Source of the DNA: an uncultured Actinomycetes bacterium
GTDB taxonomy: Bacteria > Actinomycetota > Thermoleophilia > UBA2241
Assembly (NCBI GenBank): GCA_963767005.1
Contig: CAVYCN010000004.1
Coordinates: forward strand, 96,001 to 160,000
Length of the DNA: 64,000 bases
Direction of reading: 5' to 3'
Shown here: positions 19,983 through 29,354 of the stretch, piece by piece
Numbering within the stretch: the first letter of the stretch is position 1
Layout of the letters: each line of letters begins with the position of its first letter
Program-made: the position numbers and the translations under genes
Notes under the pieces: generated by a model
What the model saw: only the letters and a program-made list of their open reading frames with translations
The model's database searches: none
Told to the model about the DNA's origin: nothing

Positions 19983-20903
19983 CTACTGCGCCGGGTACGT
20001 GCCGGCCTTGAGCATGGCGAGCGCCTTCGTGAAGGTCGGCACGCCTGCCGGGCGCACGCTCACGTCGAGACCGTGGTACCAGCGCCGCGACAGGAGGGTG
20101 AGCTCGCCGCTCGCGCGCATGCTCCTGATGGCGCTGTCGAGCAGGGCGATGAGGTCGGCCTGGCCGGGCTGCACGGCGAAGGCCTCGGGCTGGTAGTAGA
20201 AGCCGGCGCCGGCGACCGTCACGGCGACGCCGCCGGCACGCATGGTCGCCGCCGTCGTGTCGGCCGTCATCGCGCCGGCCAGGCTGCCGTTGCCCACGTC
20301 GGCGACGGCGTCGGCGTCGGTCGTGTAGAGCTGGACCTGGACGCCGGTCGCCGCCTCGAGAAAGCGCTGGTAGGTGGTCGCGGCGCTCGCGCCGACGGCC
20401 TTGCCGGACAGTCCGGCCAGGGTCGTGATCGGCGTCGAGCCCGTCCGCACCAGGACCTGGGCCGCACTGTAGGTGTAGGGCGCCGTGAAGGCGAGTCCGC
20501 TCGCCGGCGCCGGGTCAGTGGCGATCGAGCTGATCGCCACGTCGTATTTCGCACCCTTGAGCGCCGCCGGCACGCGCGCCCAGTCGAGCTCGCGGATCTC
20601 GACGTCGACGTCGAGCAAGGTGGCCACCTGCTGCGCCACATCGACGTCGAAGCCGCTCCAGGCGCCCGTGGCGCCGACCGAGCTCTGTGGCGCGAACTCG
20701 GGGTCCTCGCCGACGACGAGGACGCCGCGCGCGGCGATCGTGGCGGCGAGCCCGGTCGGGCGGTGACCGAGGATCTGGGTGAACCGCTGGGCCGGCGTCT
20801 GGGCCGCGGCCTTGACGTGGCCGCCGCAACCCGCGAGGCCGACGACCAGCAGGGCCGCCACGACGGCGACCAGCGTCACGGCCGGCGCGCGGCCCGAGCT
20901 CAC
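19983..20903 (-). CDS. Polar amino acid solute-binding lipoprotein (SBP_bac_3)
   Basis: Lipobox LAGC; GFDVDVA, YDVAISS, FTAPY motifs; GTGA overlap with the upstream gene. Confidence 0.85.
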   Translation of the reverse strand: MSSGRAPAVTLVAVVAALLVVGLAGCGGHVKAAAQTPAQRFTQILGHRPTGLAATIAARGVLVVGEDPEFAPQSSVGATGAWSGFDVDVAQQVATLLDVDVEIRELDWARVPAALKGAKYDVAISSIATDPAPASGLAFTAPYTYSAAQVLVRTGSTPITTLAGLSGKAVGASAATTYQRFLEAATGVQVQLYTTDADAVADVGNGSLAGAMTADTTAATMRAGGVAVTVAGAGFYYQPEAFAVQPGQADLIALLDSAIRSMRASGELTLLSRRWYHGLDVSVRPAGVPTFTKALAMLKAGTYPAQ

Positions 20904-22237
20904 GCGAGGCCCGCCACCAGGCGCCGCAGCTCGGTGTCGAGACCGGGCTCGAGCGGCGGCGGCACATGGCTCGCGAGGATCTCGCGGGCGCGCTCGCGGG
21001 CGGCGGCGCGGGCGTCGTCGCCGAACGCGCGCAGCCCGCCCGCCACCTGCCGGGCCGCGCCGGCGGCGCCGGCCGCCGAGGTCACGGCGGCGGCGCGGGC
21101 TGCCGCCCGCGCCGCCGCCGTGACCTCGGTCCCCAGGACCAGCTCCTCGAACGAGAAGATGCGACCGCCGGCGACCATGCCGACCCCGGCCAGCATGTCG
21201 ACGCCGGCCAGCAGCGACAGGTACGTGGTCGTCACGTCGTCGATCACCGACTGCCAGCCCGGCAGCTTGGCCGCCGAGGCGTTCACGCCGCACTGGGTGG
21301 GCAGCCCGTAGAAGGCGCCGACGTTGCCGACGGCCGCGCCCATGAGCGTGTCCTCGGGCGCGCCGCCCGAGAAGTCGCCGGTGCGCAGGTCCATGACGCT
21401 CGGGATGAAGCAGACGAACACGGGGGCGCCGGGGAAGGCGGCCTGCACGGCGCAGACGCCCGACAGCGCCTCGGCGATGCCGACCACCAGCGAGCCGGCC
21501 ATCGTGATGGGGGTCGTCGAGCCACCTTGTGGCATGGTGACGAAGCCGATCGGCACGCCGGCCTGGGCGAACACCAGGGCGGCGGCGAGCGTGCCGTCGT
21601 CGTGGCCGAGCGGCGTGATCGTGCCGAGCAGGGCCGAGATCGGCGACGCGCGCCGCACGGCGCGCTCGCCGCCGGCGATGGCACGCGCCATCTCGACGGC
21701 GACGCTCGCCTGCTCGGCGTCGACGATGGTCACCGTCTGGGCGTGCTTGCCGGTGTTGGCGAGCACCTCGTAGATCTCATGCAGGCCGCGGCGCTCGACC
21801 GGACGGTCCTGGGCGCTCACCGTCGTCCAGCAGAAGTCGATCTCGTCGAGGGCGTCGACGATACGGGTGACGGCGGCGACGTCGGCGGCCGTGGTCGGCC
21901 GCTTGTCGCCCGTCTCTAAGTCGTAGATGTCGGTGGGGCAGCCGTCGGTCGTGAGCAGCGAGCGCGAGCCGGTGACCAGCGTGCGGTTGGCGCGCGCGCC
22001 CAGCGTCAGCCGCTCGGGCGCCTGGCCGACGAGCGCGCGCACGACGTCGGCCGGGATGCGCACGACCTGGCCCTCGGCCTGCGCGCCGGCCGCGACCAGG
22101 GCCGCCCTCGCCGGCAGGTACGGCACCGCGACGCCGACCGTGGAGAGCACGCGCAGGGCGGCCTCGTCGAGTCGCTCGAGGTCGCGCGCGGTCAGGACCT
22201 GGAGACGCGCCGGCGCGTCGGGTTCGGGCTGTCGCAC
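20900..22237 (-). CDS. MttB-superfamily (non-Pyl) methyltransferase with an altered, shortened C-terminus
   Basis: LDEAALRVLSTVGV, PITMAGSLVVGIAEALSG, MDLRTG; RBS AAGGAAGG before GTG 22237. Confidence 0.88.
   Translation of the reverse strand: MRQPEPDAPARLQVLTARDLERLDEAALRVLSTVGVAVPYLPARAALVAAGAQAEGQVVRIPADVVRALVGQAPERLTLGARANRTLVTGSRSLLTTDGCPTDIYDLETGDKRPTTAADVAAVTRIVDALDEIDFCWTTVSAQDRPVERRGLHEIYEVLANTGKHAQTVTIVDAEQASVAVEMARAIAGGERAVRRASPISALLGTITPLGHDDGTLAAALVFAQAGVPIGFVTMPQGGSTTPITMAGSLVVGIAEALSGVCAVQAAFPGAPVFVCFIPSVMDLRTGDFSGGAPEDTLMGAAVGNVGAFYGLPTQCGVNASAAKLPGWQSVIDDVTTTYLSLLAGVDMLAGVGMVAGGRIFSFEELVLGTEVTAAARAAARAAAVTSAAGAAGAARQVAGGLRAFGDDARAAARERAREILASHVPPPLEPGLDTELRRLVAGLA
21076..21129. 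repeat. Perfect 25-bp inverted repeat with 4-nt loop inside the mttB paralogue
   Basis: CCGAGGTCACGGCGGCGGCGCGGGC-TGCC-GCCCGCGCCGCCGCCGTGACCTCGG. Confidence 0.95.
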
Positions 22238-22316
22238 AGGCACCTTCCTTGTGGCCGTCGTCGATCGGTCGCGCCGCCGGGGCTGGGTCCGGGGCGAAGC
22301 CGCCCCATTCTCGCCT

Positions 22317-22793
22317 TCAGACGGCGATGGCTGCAACCCGCGGCGCGAGCATCGCGCGCAGGTCGGCGCTGCGGATCTTGAGCATCGTGGTCGTGGCGCC
22401 GCCGCCGCAGTAGACGACCGGCGGCTCGAACACGGCCGGGTCGGCGACGACCGGCATGTCCCCGTCGAGGCCGCAGGGCGGCAGCGCGCCCGGCCGGAAG
22501 CCGGTCAGCGACACGACCCGCGGCGCGGCGCAGGGGGCGACGGCGGCGCAGCCGAGCACGGCGGCGAGGCCGTCGGGGTCGACGCGCCGGTCGCCGGGCA
22601 CGAGGCACACCACAGGTCCGCCATCGGTGTCGACCAGGACGGACTTGACGACCTCGCGCGGCGCGACGCCGAGCAGGGCGGCGGCGTGGCGCGCGGTGCT
22701 GGACAGGGCGGGCAGCTGGACGATCTCGTGCGCCACGCCCCGCTCGAGCAGGAAGTTGTGGACGTCGCTGCAGGACCTCAAGGAAACGAGCAC
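22317..22793 (-). CDS. YbaK/EbsC (ProX) aminoacyl-tRNA deacylase family protein
   Basis: VVKSVLV (conserved Lys), TGFRPGALPPCG, VYCGGG. Confidence 0.85.
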   Translation of the reverse strand: MLVSLRSCSDVHNFLLERGVAHEIVQLPALSSTARHAAALLGVAPREVVKSVLVDTDGGPVVCLVPGDRRVDPDGLAAVLGCAAVAPCAAPRVVSLTGFRPGALPPCGLDGDMPVVADPAVFEPPVVYCGGGATTTMLKIRSADLRAMLAPRVAAIAV

Positions 22794-22884
22794 CCCCCCT
22801 CAGGCTGCGGCATCACTCTACCACAGGCGCGGGCGCCGGCCGGCCGCTGTTGCCCGCTGGCCGGCGCCCGCCTACGATGGGTTC

Positions 22885-23577
22885 ATGCGCGAGCGCTCGA
22901 CACGGCAGCGCGTAGGACGGCGGGTCGCGAGCCTGCTACTGGTGGCCGGCGGCATCGTCGTCGCGTTCCCCTTCTGGTCGGCGGCGTACGCTCACTTCCA
23001 GCAGGGCGCCCTGCGCGGCGACTACCGCCGGGCGAGTGCCGCCTTCGTGCTGGGCGAGCAGCGCCAGACAGCGGTGCTCGCTCAGCTCCGCACGCCGCAG
23101 ATGAAGGTGCGCCGCCTGGCCGCCCTGTTCGCCCGCGGCCTCAAGCCTGGCGACCCCATCGGGCGTCTCATCATCCCGCGCCTGGGGATGGACCGCATCG
23201 TCGTGCAGGGCGCGGCCGGCAGCGCCAGCCTCAGTCCGGCCAGCGATACCGCCTACCTGCGCGGGGGCCCCGTGCACTACGGGATCACGCCGCTCCCCGG
23301 GGCCGGAGAGCCCTTCGCGGTGGCGGGACACCGCACGACCTACGGTGCGCCCTTCTACAGCCTGAACGAGCTGCGCCGCGGTGACCGCATCGTGGTGGAC
23401 ACGCCGTACGGACGCTTCACCTACCGCGTGGCGCGGCTGACGACGGTACTGCCGACCGAAGTCGGTGTGCTCTACGACCGCGGCTACGGCCTCGTGCTGA
23501 CCACCTGCACGCCGCCCTACAGCGCGAGCCACCGCCTGGTGGTGTGGGCGAGCGCGGCTGGCTTCCGGCTCAAGTAG
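22885..23577 (+). CDS. Sortase (class E-like)
   Basis: N-terminal TM, AGHRTTYGAPF, LTTCTP..SHR; probably leaderless (TACGAT 6 nt upstream). Confidence 0.9.
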   Translation: MRERSTRQRVGRRVASLLLVAGGIVVAFPFWSAAYAHFQQGALRGDYRRASAAFVLGEQRQTAVLAQLRTPQMKVRRLAALFARGLKPGDPIGRLIIPRLGMDRIVVQGAAGSASLSPASDTAYLRGGPVHYGITPLPGAGEPFAVAGHRTTYGAPFYSLNELRRGDRIVVDTPYGRFTYRVARLTTVLPTEVGVLYDRGYGLVLTTCTPPYSASHRLVVWASAAGFRLK

Positions 23578-23659
23578 GCCGCGCGGTGTCGGAGGTGGCA
23601 GCGGAGACATGGGCCGCGGCTGGGGCCCGTCCCGTCTTGCGCTTTCGCGCCGGCCCGCG

Positions 23660-24892
23660 TCAGGCCGGCAGCGGCGGGCGCTCGGGGCGCGACCCCTCGA
23701 GCGGCGTGACCAGGTAGAGGTCGCCGGGCCGGCCGCCGGCGTGGCTGGCCGGCACGAACACGAGGCCGTCGGCCAGCACCATCGAGCGCAGGATCGCCGA
23801 GCCCTGCGGCCCGGTCGTCGTGAACCGCCAGGCGCCGTCGTCGTCGCGCAGCAGCAGGCAGCGGCGCACCTCGACGCGGTCCCTCGTCGCCCGTACCGGC
23901 TCGACCGCGGCCGCCGTGAGCCAGGGTCGCCAGAGGTCGCTGCGCCCCTGCATCGCCAGGAGCGCTGGCCGGACGTAGAGCTCGAACGACACCATCGCCG
24001 AGACGGGGTTGCCCGGCAGACCAAAGACGAGCCGGCCCTCGCGCACCCCGAAAGCCACCGGCTTGCCCGGCTTGGTCGCGACGCCCCAGAAGCGGCGCTC
24101 GACGCCGAGCTCGTCCTCGACCTGCTTGACGAAATCGAAGTCGCCGACCGACACGCCGCCCGACGTGATCACGACGTCTTCTTCGAGGGCCCGCGCGATG
24201 AGGCGACGGGTCTCGGCGCGATCGTCGGGCGCGATGCCGAGCACGACCGGCTCGCCGCCCGCGGCCAGCACCTGGCCCAGGGCCGTGAACGAGTTGGAGT
24301 TGTGGATCTGGCCCGGCCCCAGGGGCTGCCCGACCGGCACCAGCTCGCTGCCGGTCGCGAGGATCGCCACCCGCGGTCGGCGGACCACATCGACTTGCTC
24401 GAGGCCGACCGACACCAGCATGCCGATCTCGGCCGGGCCGAGCGGCGCGCCACGCGGCACGACGACGTCGCCGCGGCGCACGTCCTCGCCGGCGTGGCGC
24501 ACATTGGCGCCGGCGCGCGGCGCCGTGCGCACGAGCACGCGGCCGTCGCGCTCCTCGATGTGCTCGACCTGCACGACCGTGTCGGCCCCGACGGGCATGG
24601 GTGCCCCGGTCATGATGCGCGCCGCCTGGCCCGGCTCGAGCGGCGCGGTCGCCACCGTGCCGGCCGGGATCTCGGCGACGACGGGGAGCCCCTCACGCCG
24701 CGCGAGCTCGAGGTCGGCCCCGCGGACAGCGAAGCCGTCCATGGCGGAGTTGTCGAACGAGGGGACGTCGGCGGCCGAGACGACGGCGGCGGCGGCGGCG
24801 CGCCCGAGGGCCTCGAGCACCGTCACGCGCTCGGCGCCCAACGGGCGTGCGGCGGCCAGCACCAGATCGATCGCCTCGTTCAGCCTGACCAT
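23660..24892 (-). CDS. moeA: Molybdopterin molybdotransferase MoeA
   Basis: PSFDNSAMDGFA, IMTGAPMP, TGSEL, SGGVSVGDFD, PGKP, GLPGNPVSA; RBS AAGGAGG. Confidence 0.95.
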   Translation of the reverse strand: MVRLNEAIDLVLAAARPLGAERVTVLEALGRAAAAAVVSAADVPSFDNSAMDGFAVRGADLELARREGLPVVAEIPAGTVATAPLEPGQAARIMTGAPMPVGADTVVQVEHIEERDGRVLVRTAPRAGANVRHAGEDVRRGDVVVPRGAPLGPAEIGMLVSVGLEQVDVVRRPRVAILATGSELVPVGQPLGPGQIHNSNSFTALGQVLAAGGEPVVLGIAPDDRAETRRLIARALEEDVVITSGGVSVGDFDFVKQVEDELGVERRFWGVATKPGKPVAFGVREGRLVFGLPGNPVSAMVSFELYVRPALLAMQGRSDLWRPWLTAAAVEPVRATRDRVEVRRCLLLRDDDGAWRFTTTGPQGSAILRSMVLADGLVFVPASHAGGRPGDLYLVTPLEGSRPERPPLPA

Positions 24893-25018
24893 GGCACGGC
24901 CTCCTTGGTCGTCGTCCACACGCAGCCGCCGCGCCCCGCTCCGGTCGCCCGCGCAGGAGCCAAGCCTACAGCAGGCTCCCGCGCCGTGGGCGGGGCGCGC
25001 CCCGCACGGCCGCGCCGC

Positions 25019-25681
25019 CTAGGGCAGCCGAGCGAGGTCGGCGGCCCCGTCGAAGACCATGACGAGCGCCTCGCCGGCGGTGAGCTCGAGGCGGGCGTCA
25101 GGCTCGGCGACGCGGTTGCGCAGCCCGCGGCACACGGTCGCCGGCAGCGGCTCGTCGGTGAGCTCGTACTCGAGCCCGCGCAACGTGAGGACGACCCCCG
25201 CCGAGAGCGCCAGGACGGACACGCGGGCGCCGGCGGCGGCGCCGAGGCGCAGGCGCGCCGGCGCCCGCACGACGGTCGCGGCCAGGCCCGGCGCGGCGAT
25301 GCGCGCGGCCCGGCCGCGCGCGGCCAGGCCGCGCAGCACGCAGACGTGGCCGAGCAGGTGGTCGAGCGCGCCGCCGAGGGCGCCGAGCAGCACGAGCTCG
25401 CCGTCGAAGCGGGTCTCGGCGGCCGCCACGGCGAGCTCGGCGTCGGTTTCGTCCTTGCGCACCGGGTGCTCGAGGACCGTGATGCCGGCCGCCCTGGCCT
25501 CGGCCAGCAGGCCGGCGTCGAGCGAGTCGAAGTCGCCTACCAGCAGGGCGGGCCAGCGACCGTAGCGCCGCAGGAAGGCGTGGCCGCCGTCGGCGGCCAC
25601 GACCGCCTGCGCCGCGTCGACCCGGCGCAGGTACCAGGCGTCGTCCTCATAGTCGCCGTTCAGCAGGACGGCGACGGTCAT
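25019..25681 (-). CDS. thiN: Thiamine diphosphokinase
   Basis: VAADGG, GDFDS, KDETDAELA, GALGG.LDH, GLEYEL; ATGA overlap with thiT. Confidence 0.92.
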   Translation of the reverse strand: MTVAVLLNGDYEDDAWYLRRVDAAQAVVAADGGHAFLRRYGRWPALLVGDFDSLDAGLLAEARAAGITVLEHPVRKDETDAELAVAAAETRFDGELVLLGALGGALDHLLGHVCVLRGLAARGRAARIAAPGLAATVVRAPARLRLGAAAGARVSVLALSAGVVLTLRGLEYELTDEPLPATVCRGLRNRVAEPDARLELTAGEALVMVFDGAADLARLP

Positions 25682-26370
25682 GAGCGGCGAGCCCCGCGCG
25701 CCGCCGTCGCCTCGTCGTAGGCCGTGAGGACGAACACGAGCAGGACGGCCGTGATGATCGCCTCGGGCACGAGGTAGAGCAGGTTGTAGGTGAGCGAGTA
25801 CAGCCAGACGGGCTGGCCGGCCGGCGCGTACGAGGCGAAGTAGATGATGCCGGACAGGTAGTGACACACGAAGCGAGCTCCGGTGCCGACGGCGACGGCG
25901 CCGACGACGAGAGCGAGGAACGGGCGGGTCGCGCCGGGCGACCGCCGCATCCCGCGCCAGGCGGACCGCGCCGGCGATGACGGCAGCGGCACGAGCGCCG
26001 CCAGGCCGAGCGCCCCGAACGCCAGAGGGTAGTCGAGCGCCACCTGGAACGGCTGCACCAGGAAGGCGCCGGGCAACAGGAGCTGGACGAAGCCGTACAC
26101 CACCCCGACCGTGACCGCCGGCACCAGGCCGCGACGCACGGCGATGAACAGGATGGGCAGCATCTCGAGGCTCACCGAGCCGCCCTGGGGCATGACGAAC
26201 AGCTTGACCAGGCCGAGCGCCGCGGCCAGGGCGACGGCGATCGCCATCTCGGCGATGGCTGCCGTGCTCCAGCCGGCCGGGTTGGCGTTGACCCGGCCGG
26301 CCGCACGCCGCGACGCGCTCGCGTCGCCCGCGCCGCGGCTCTCGGCCGCCAGGTGAGGATGTCTCGACAT
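25678..26370 (-). CDS. thiT: ECF-type thiamine transporter S component
   Basis: MPQGGSVSLEMLP, LDYPLAF, CHYLSGIIYFASYAP..YSLTYN; preceded by a TPP riboswitch. Confidence 0.92.
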   Translation of the reverse strand: MSRHPHLAAESRGAGDASASRRAAGRVNANPAGWSTAAIAEMAIAVALAAALGLVKLFVMPQGGSVSLEMLPILFIAVRRGLVPAVTVGVVYGFVQLLLPGAFLVQPFQVALDYPLAFGALGLAALVPLPSSPARSAWRGMRRSPGATRPFLALVVGAVAVGTGARFVCHYLSGIIYFASYAPAGQPVWLYSLTYNLLYLVPEAIITAVLLVFVLTAYDEATAARGARRS

Positions 26371-26503
26371 GGGCCTCCCTTCGCTGGCATTACCCAGCAA
26401 CGTCCGATGGACGCCGCCACCCCTGCCGGGGCGGTCAGGTTCTGCGCGTCGGCGCTAGGAAGCGCCCTCTCAGCCCCTCGTCCAGGAGCTCCGCAGGACA
26501 CCC
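26371..26503 (-). ncRNA. TPP riboswitch, variant with a ~36-nt insertion in J4/5
   Basis: Minus strand: CUGCGGAGCUCC..GGCUGAGAG..CGCAGAACCUGA[insert]CUGGGUAAUGCCAGCGAAGGGAGG-CCC-AUG. -10 box TATGAT at 26508-26513; P1 3' strand overlaps the SD. Confidence 0.9.
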
Positions 26504-26601
26504 CTGCATCATACCCCTTCGAGCCGCTTGTGCGCCGGCCGGCGGCCGGCCGCCGGCCGGCGATCCGTTTCAGACGCTTCGCGGGTGGCGTGAGAGCGCC
26601 C

Positions 26602-26925
26602 TGTGGAATATGTGGATAAGTTCCTTTTCGTCCGCTCGCAGGCTCGGAGCCGGGGTGCACAAACACTTCCCGTCGACGAGTCCCCTTGACAACCTGGTGC
26701 CGGTCGACTCAAGCGGACACACCCGCGATTTCCAGCACATTTATGGTGCACCGCTGGCCGGCGGCGGCGGCCGGCCCACACTGGGAGGCTGCCGGGGCGT
26801 GACGGCGCGGTCGGGCGCGCCACAAGGGCTCGTGAAAGCGTCCTTTCCACAAAAGCTGGTATTTGCGGACGCGGCCGCATTTCCCGGCCGGGGCATTCCA
26901 CAGATGTCGAAAACCCTGTGGACAA
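26602..26925. promoter_or_regulatory. DnaA-box cluster upstream of the dnaA operon
   Basis: Perfect TGTGGATAA 26611-26619; near-consensus boxes TGTGGAATA 26602, CTTTCCACA 26843, CATTCCACA 26894, TGTGGACAA 26917; locally AT-richer. Confidence 0.8.
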
Positions 26926-27002
26926 TCATGCCCGAAGCCCTGCAAACCGGCGTTTCAGACGGCGTTCGGCGCGCGTTCTGCTCTGCTATACTCCAACCCC
27001 CC

Positions 27003-27857
27003 ATGGAGTCGTTCCTCGACAGGCTGCTCGCCGCCGACGCGGCGCCCGCCCCGCGTTTGCCGGCCGGGACGCCGGGCGCCGGCACGGCCCTGGTCGACGC
27101 TGATCCGCCTGCCGCGGCCCCGCCGCCCGACGACGATGCCGCGCCGCGCGGCCCAGGGGCGCCGCGCATCGCCGTCTACGACACGCTCACCAGCCCACCT
27201 CGCGTGGTGAGCGTCGAGGAGCGCGATGTGCCCGCCCTGATCGCGGCCCTCGCCGAGCGCACCTACCACTCCTGCCGCGAGCAGGGCGGCAACGTGCCCT
27301 TCACGGTCATCAACGAGCTCATCGAGAACCTGATCCACGCCTTCTTCCGCGACGTCGTGGTCACCATCCTGGACGGCGGCCGGGTGGTGCGCATCTCCGA
27401 CCACGGCCCGGGCGTCGACGACAAGGAGCGCGCCTTTCTGCCGGGCTTCACGACCGCGAGCGCCGCGCAGCGGCGTTTCATCAGGGGCGTCGGGTCGGGT
27501 CTGCCGATCGCGCGCGAGTCGCTCGGCTTCCTGCGCGGCGCGATCACGGTCGAGGACAACCTCGGCGGCGGCGCCGTGTTCACCGTCAAGATGCCGCAGC
27601 AGGCGGCGCCCGAGGCGGCGCCGGCCGCCGCGCCGGCCGCGCCGCGCCTGTCGACCCGCCAGAAGAAGATCCTCGTCCTGCTCATGGAGCTCAACGTGGC
27701 GGGCCCGAGCGCGCTCGCCAAGGAGCTGCGTGTGGCTCCGGCGACGGCCTATCGTGAGTTGAATTTACTCGAGCAGATGGGCTTGGTACACTCGCGCCGC
27801 GACGGCAAGCGCGCCCTCACCGAAGAGGGCATGAACCTCCTCGAATCGCTCTTCTGA
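27003..27857 (+). CDS. HATPase_c (GHKL) domain + C-terminal winged-helix protein
   Basis: ELIENLIHA (N box), ISDHGPG (G1), GVGSGLPIA (G2), C-terminal LSTRQKKIL..LAKELRVAPATAYREL; extended -10 TG-C-TATACT at 26984-26992. Confidence 0.85.
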   Translation: MESFLDRLLAADAAPAPRLPAGTPGAGTALVDADPPAAAPPPDDDAAPRGPGAPRIAVYDTLTSPPRVVSVEERDVPALIAALAERTYHSCREQGGNVPFTVINELIENLIHAFFRDVVVTILDGGRVVRISDHGPGVDDKERAFLPGFTTASAAQRRFIRGVGSGLPIARESLGFLRGAITVEDNLGGGAVFTVKMPQQAAPEAAPAAAPAAPRLSTRQKKILVLLMELNVAGPSALAKELRVAPATAYRELNLLEQMGLVHSRRDGKRALTEEGMNLLESLF

Positions 27858-27875
27858 CGGCCGGCCGGCACCGGT

Positions 27876-29354
27876 GTGGGGGTCGTCCCGTCCGTCCGCG
27901 CCGGGCACGGCACGGGTGGTAAGCGGGAACGCGACGATGGCGAGGCCGAGATCGACGAACAGCTGACACTCATCTGGAACGAGGCTCGCGACCAGATCCG
28001 GGGCCGCGTCAACGACGCCACCTTCCGCCTCTGGTTCGAGCGCACCGTACCCGTCGCGCTGACCGACGACGCCTTCGTCCTCGGGCTGCCCAACGAGTTC
28101 GCGCGAGACTGGGTCGAGTCGCGCTTCGGCGCGGTCCTGCGCGAGGCGCTGCGGCTGGTCCTGTCGGCCGACGTCGAGGTGCGCCTCGTGGTCGACGAGC
28201 GCGCCGCCGCCCTGGCGACGAGCGGCGCGCCCGACGAGCCCGCGCCGGCGACGCCCGGCCCGGAGCCCGATGAGCCGGCCGCCGTGCCGGCGACGCGGCC
28301 GGGCGACGCGGCGGGCCTCAACCCCCGCTACGTCTTCGACCGCTGGGTCATCGGCCCCCACAACGAGTACGCCACGGCGGTAGCGCGCAGCGTCGCCGAG
28401 TCGCCAGCGGCGGCCTACAACCCGGTCTTCGTCTACGCCGACACCGGCCTCGGCAAGACGCACCTGATCCAGGCGATCGCCCACCAGCTCCTGGTGACCG
28501 AGCCGCGCCGGCGTGTGAAGTACGTGACCTGCGAGCAGTTCATCGACGACTTCATCAGCGGCGTGAGCGAGAAGGGCCGCATCGAGGCCGACCGCTTCAA
28601 GGCGCACTACCGCACGAACGACGTCCTTCTGATCGACGACGTGCAGTTCCTCGCCGGCAAGGAGGGCACCCAGGTCGAGTTCTTCCATACGTTCAACGCG
28701 CTCTACGAAGCCGACCGCCAGATCGTGCTCACCTCCGACCGGCCGCCTCGCGAGCTCGAGGAACTCGACGACCGCCTCCGCTCGCGGTTCGGCCAGGGCG
28801 TGGTCGTCGACATCGGCCGGCCCGACGTCGAGACGCGCATCGCCATCCTGCGTCGCCAGGTCAAGGTCGACGACTTCCGCATCGCCGAGCCCGAGGTGCT
28901 CGACTACATCGCGAGCCGCGTGTCGACCAACATCCGCGAGCTGGTCGGCGCCCTGCGCCGGGTCGTGAGCTACGCCTCGATCACGCGCGGCGACGTGACC
29001 CTCGAGGTGGCCCGCGAGGCGCTCAAGGACATCCTGCCCAAGCCCTACGCGCAGCCGATCACGATCGAGGCGGTGCAGGGCGAGGTCGCCCGCCAGTTCG
29101 GCTGCCACGTGAGCGACCTGCGCGGCGATCGACGCAGCGCCGACGTCGCCTACCCGCGGCACGTCGCGATGTACCTCTGTCGCGAACTCACCGAGGCCTC
29201 GCTGCCGCAGATCGGCGAGCGCTTCGGCGGTCGCGACCACAGCACCGTCCTCTACGCCGTGAACAAGATCGAGCGCCTCATCCAGGACGGCCACGACCGC
29301 CAGCTCCACGACCTCGTCCAGGTCGTCACGCAGCACCTGCGCAGCGAGCGCTGA
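27876..29354 (+). CDS. dnaA: Chromosomal replication initiator DnaA
   Basis: [43 protein letters not shown]; exact start uncertain. Confidence 0.97.
   Translation: MGVVPSVRAGHGTGGKRERDDGEAEIDEQLTLIWNEARDQIRGRVNDATFRLWFERTVPVALTDDAFVLGLPNEFARDWVESRFGAVLREALRLVLSADVEVRLVVDERAAALATSGAPDEPAPATPGPEPDEPAAVPATRPGDAAGLNPRYVFDRWVIGPHNEYATAVARSVAESPAAAYNPVFVYADTGLGKTHLIQAIAHQLLVTEPRRRVKYVTCEQFIDDFISGVSEKGRIEADRFKAHYRTNDVLLIDDVQFLAGKEGTQVEFFHTFNALYEADRQIVLTSDRPPRELEELDDRLRSRFGQGVVVDIGRPDVETRIAILRRQVKVDDFRIAEPEVLDYIASRVSTNIRELVGALRRVVSYASITRGDVTLEVAREALKDILPKPYAQPITIEAVQGEVARQFGCHVSDLRGDRRSADVAYPRHVAMYLCRELTEASLPQIGERFGGRDHSTVLYAVNKIERLIQDGHDRQLHDLVQVVTQHLRSER

Noticed and set aside
24893-25021. Amber read-through thiN-moeA (in frame, no intervening stop)
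   Set aside because: The linker is low-complexity and moeA has its own -10-like box and strong RBS; in-frame spacing is expected by chance.
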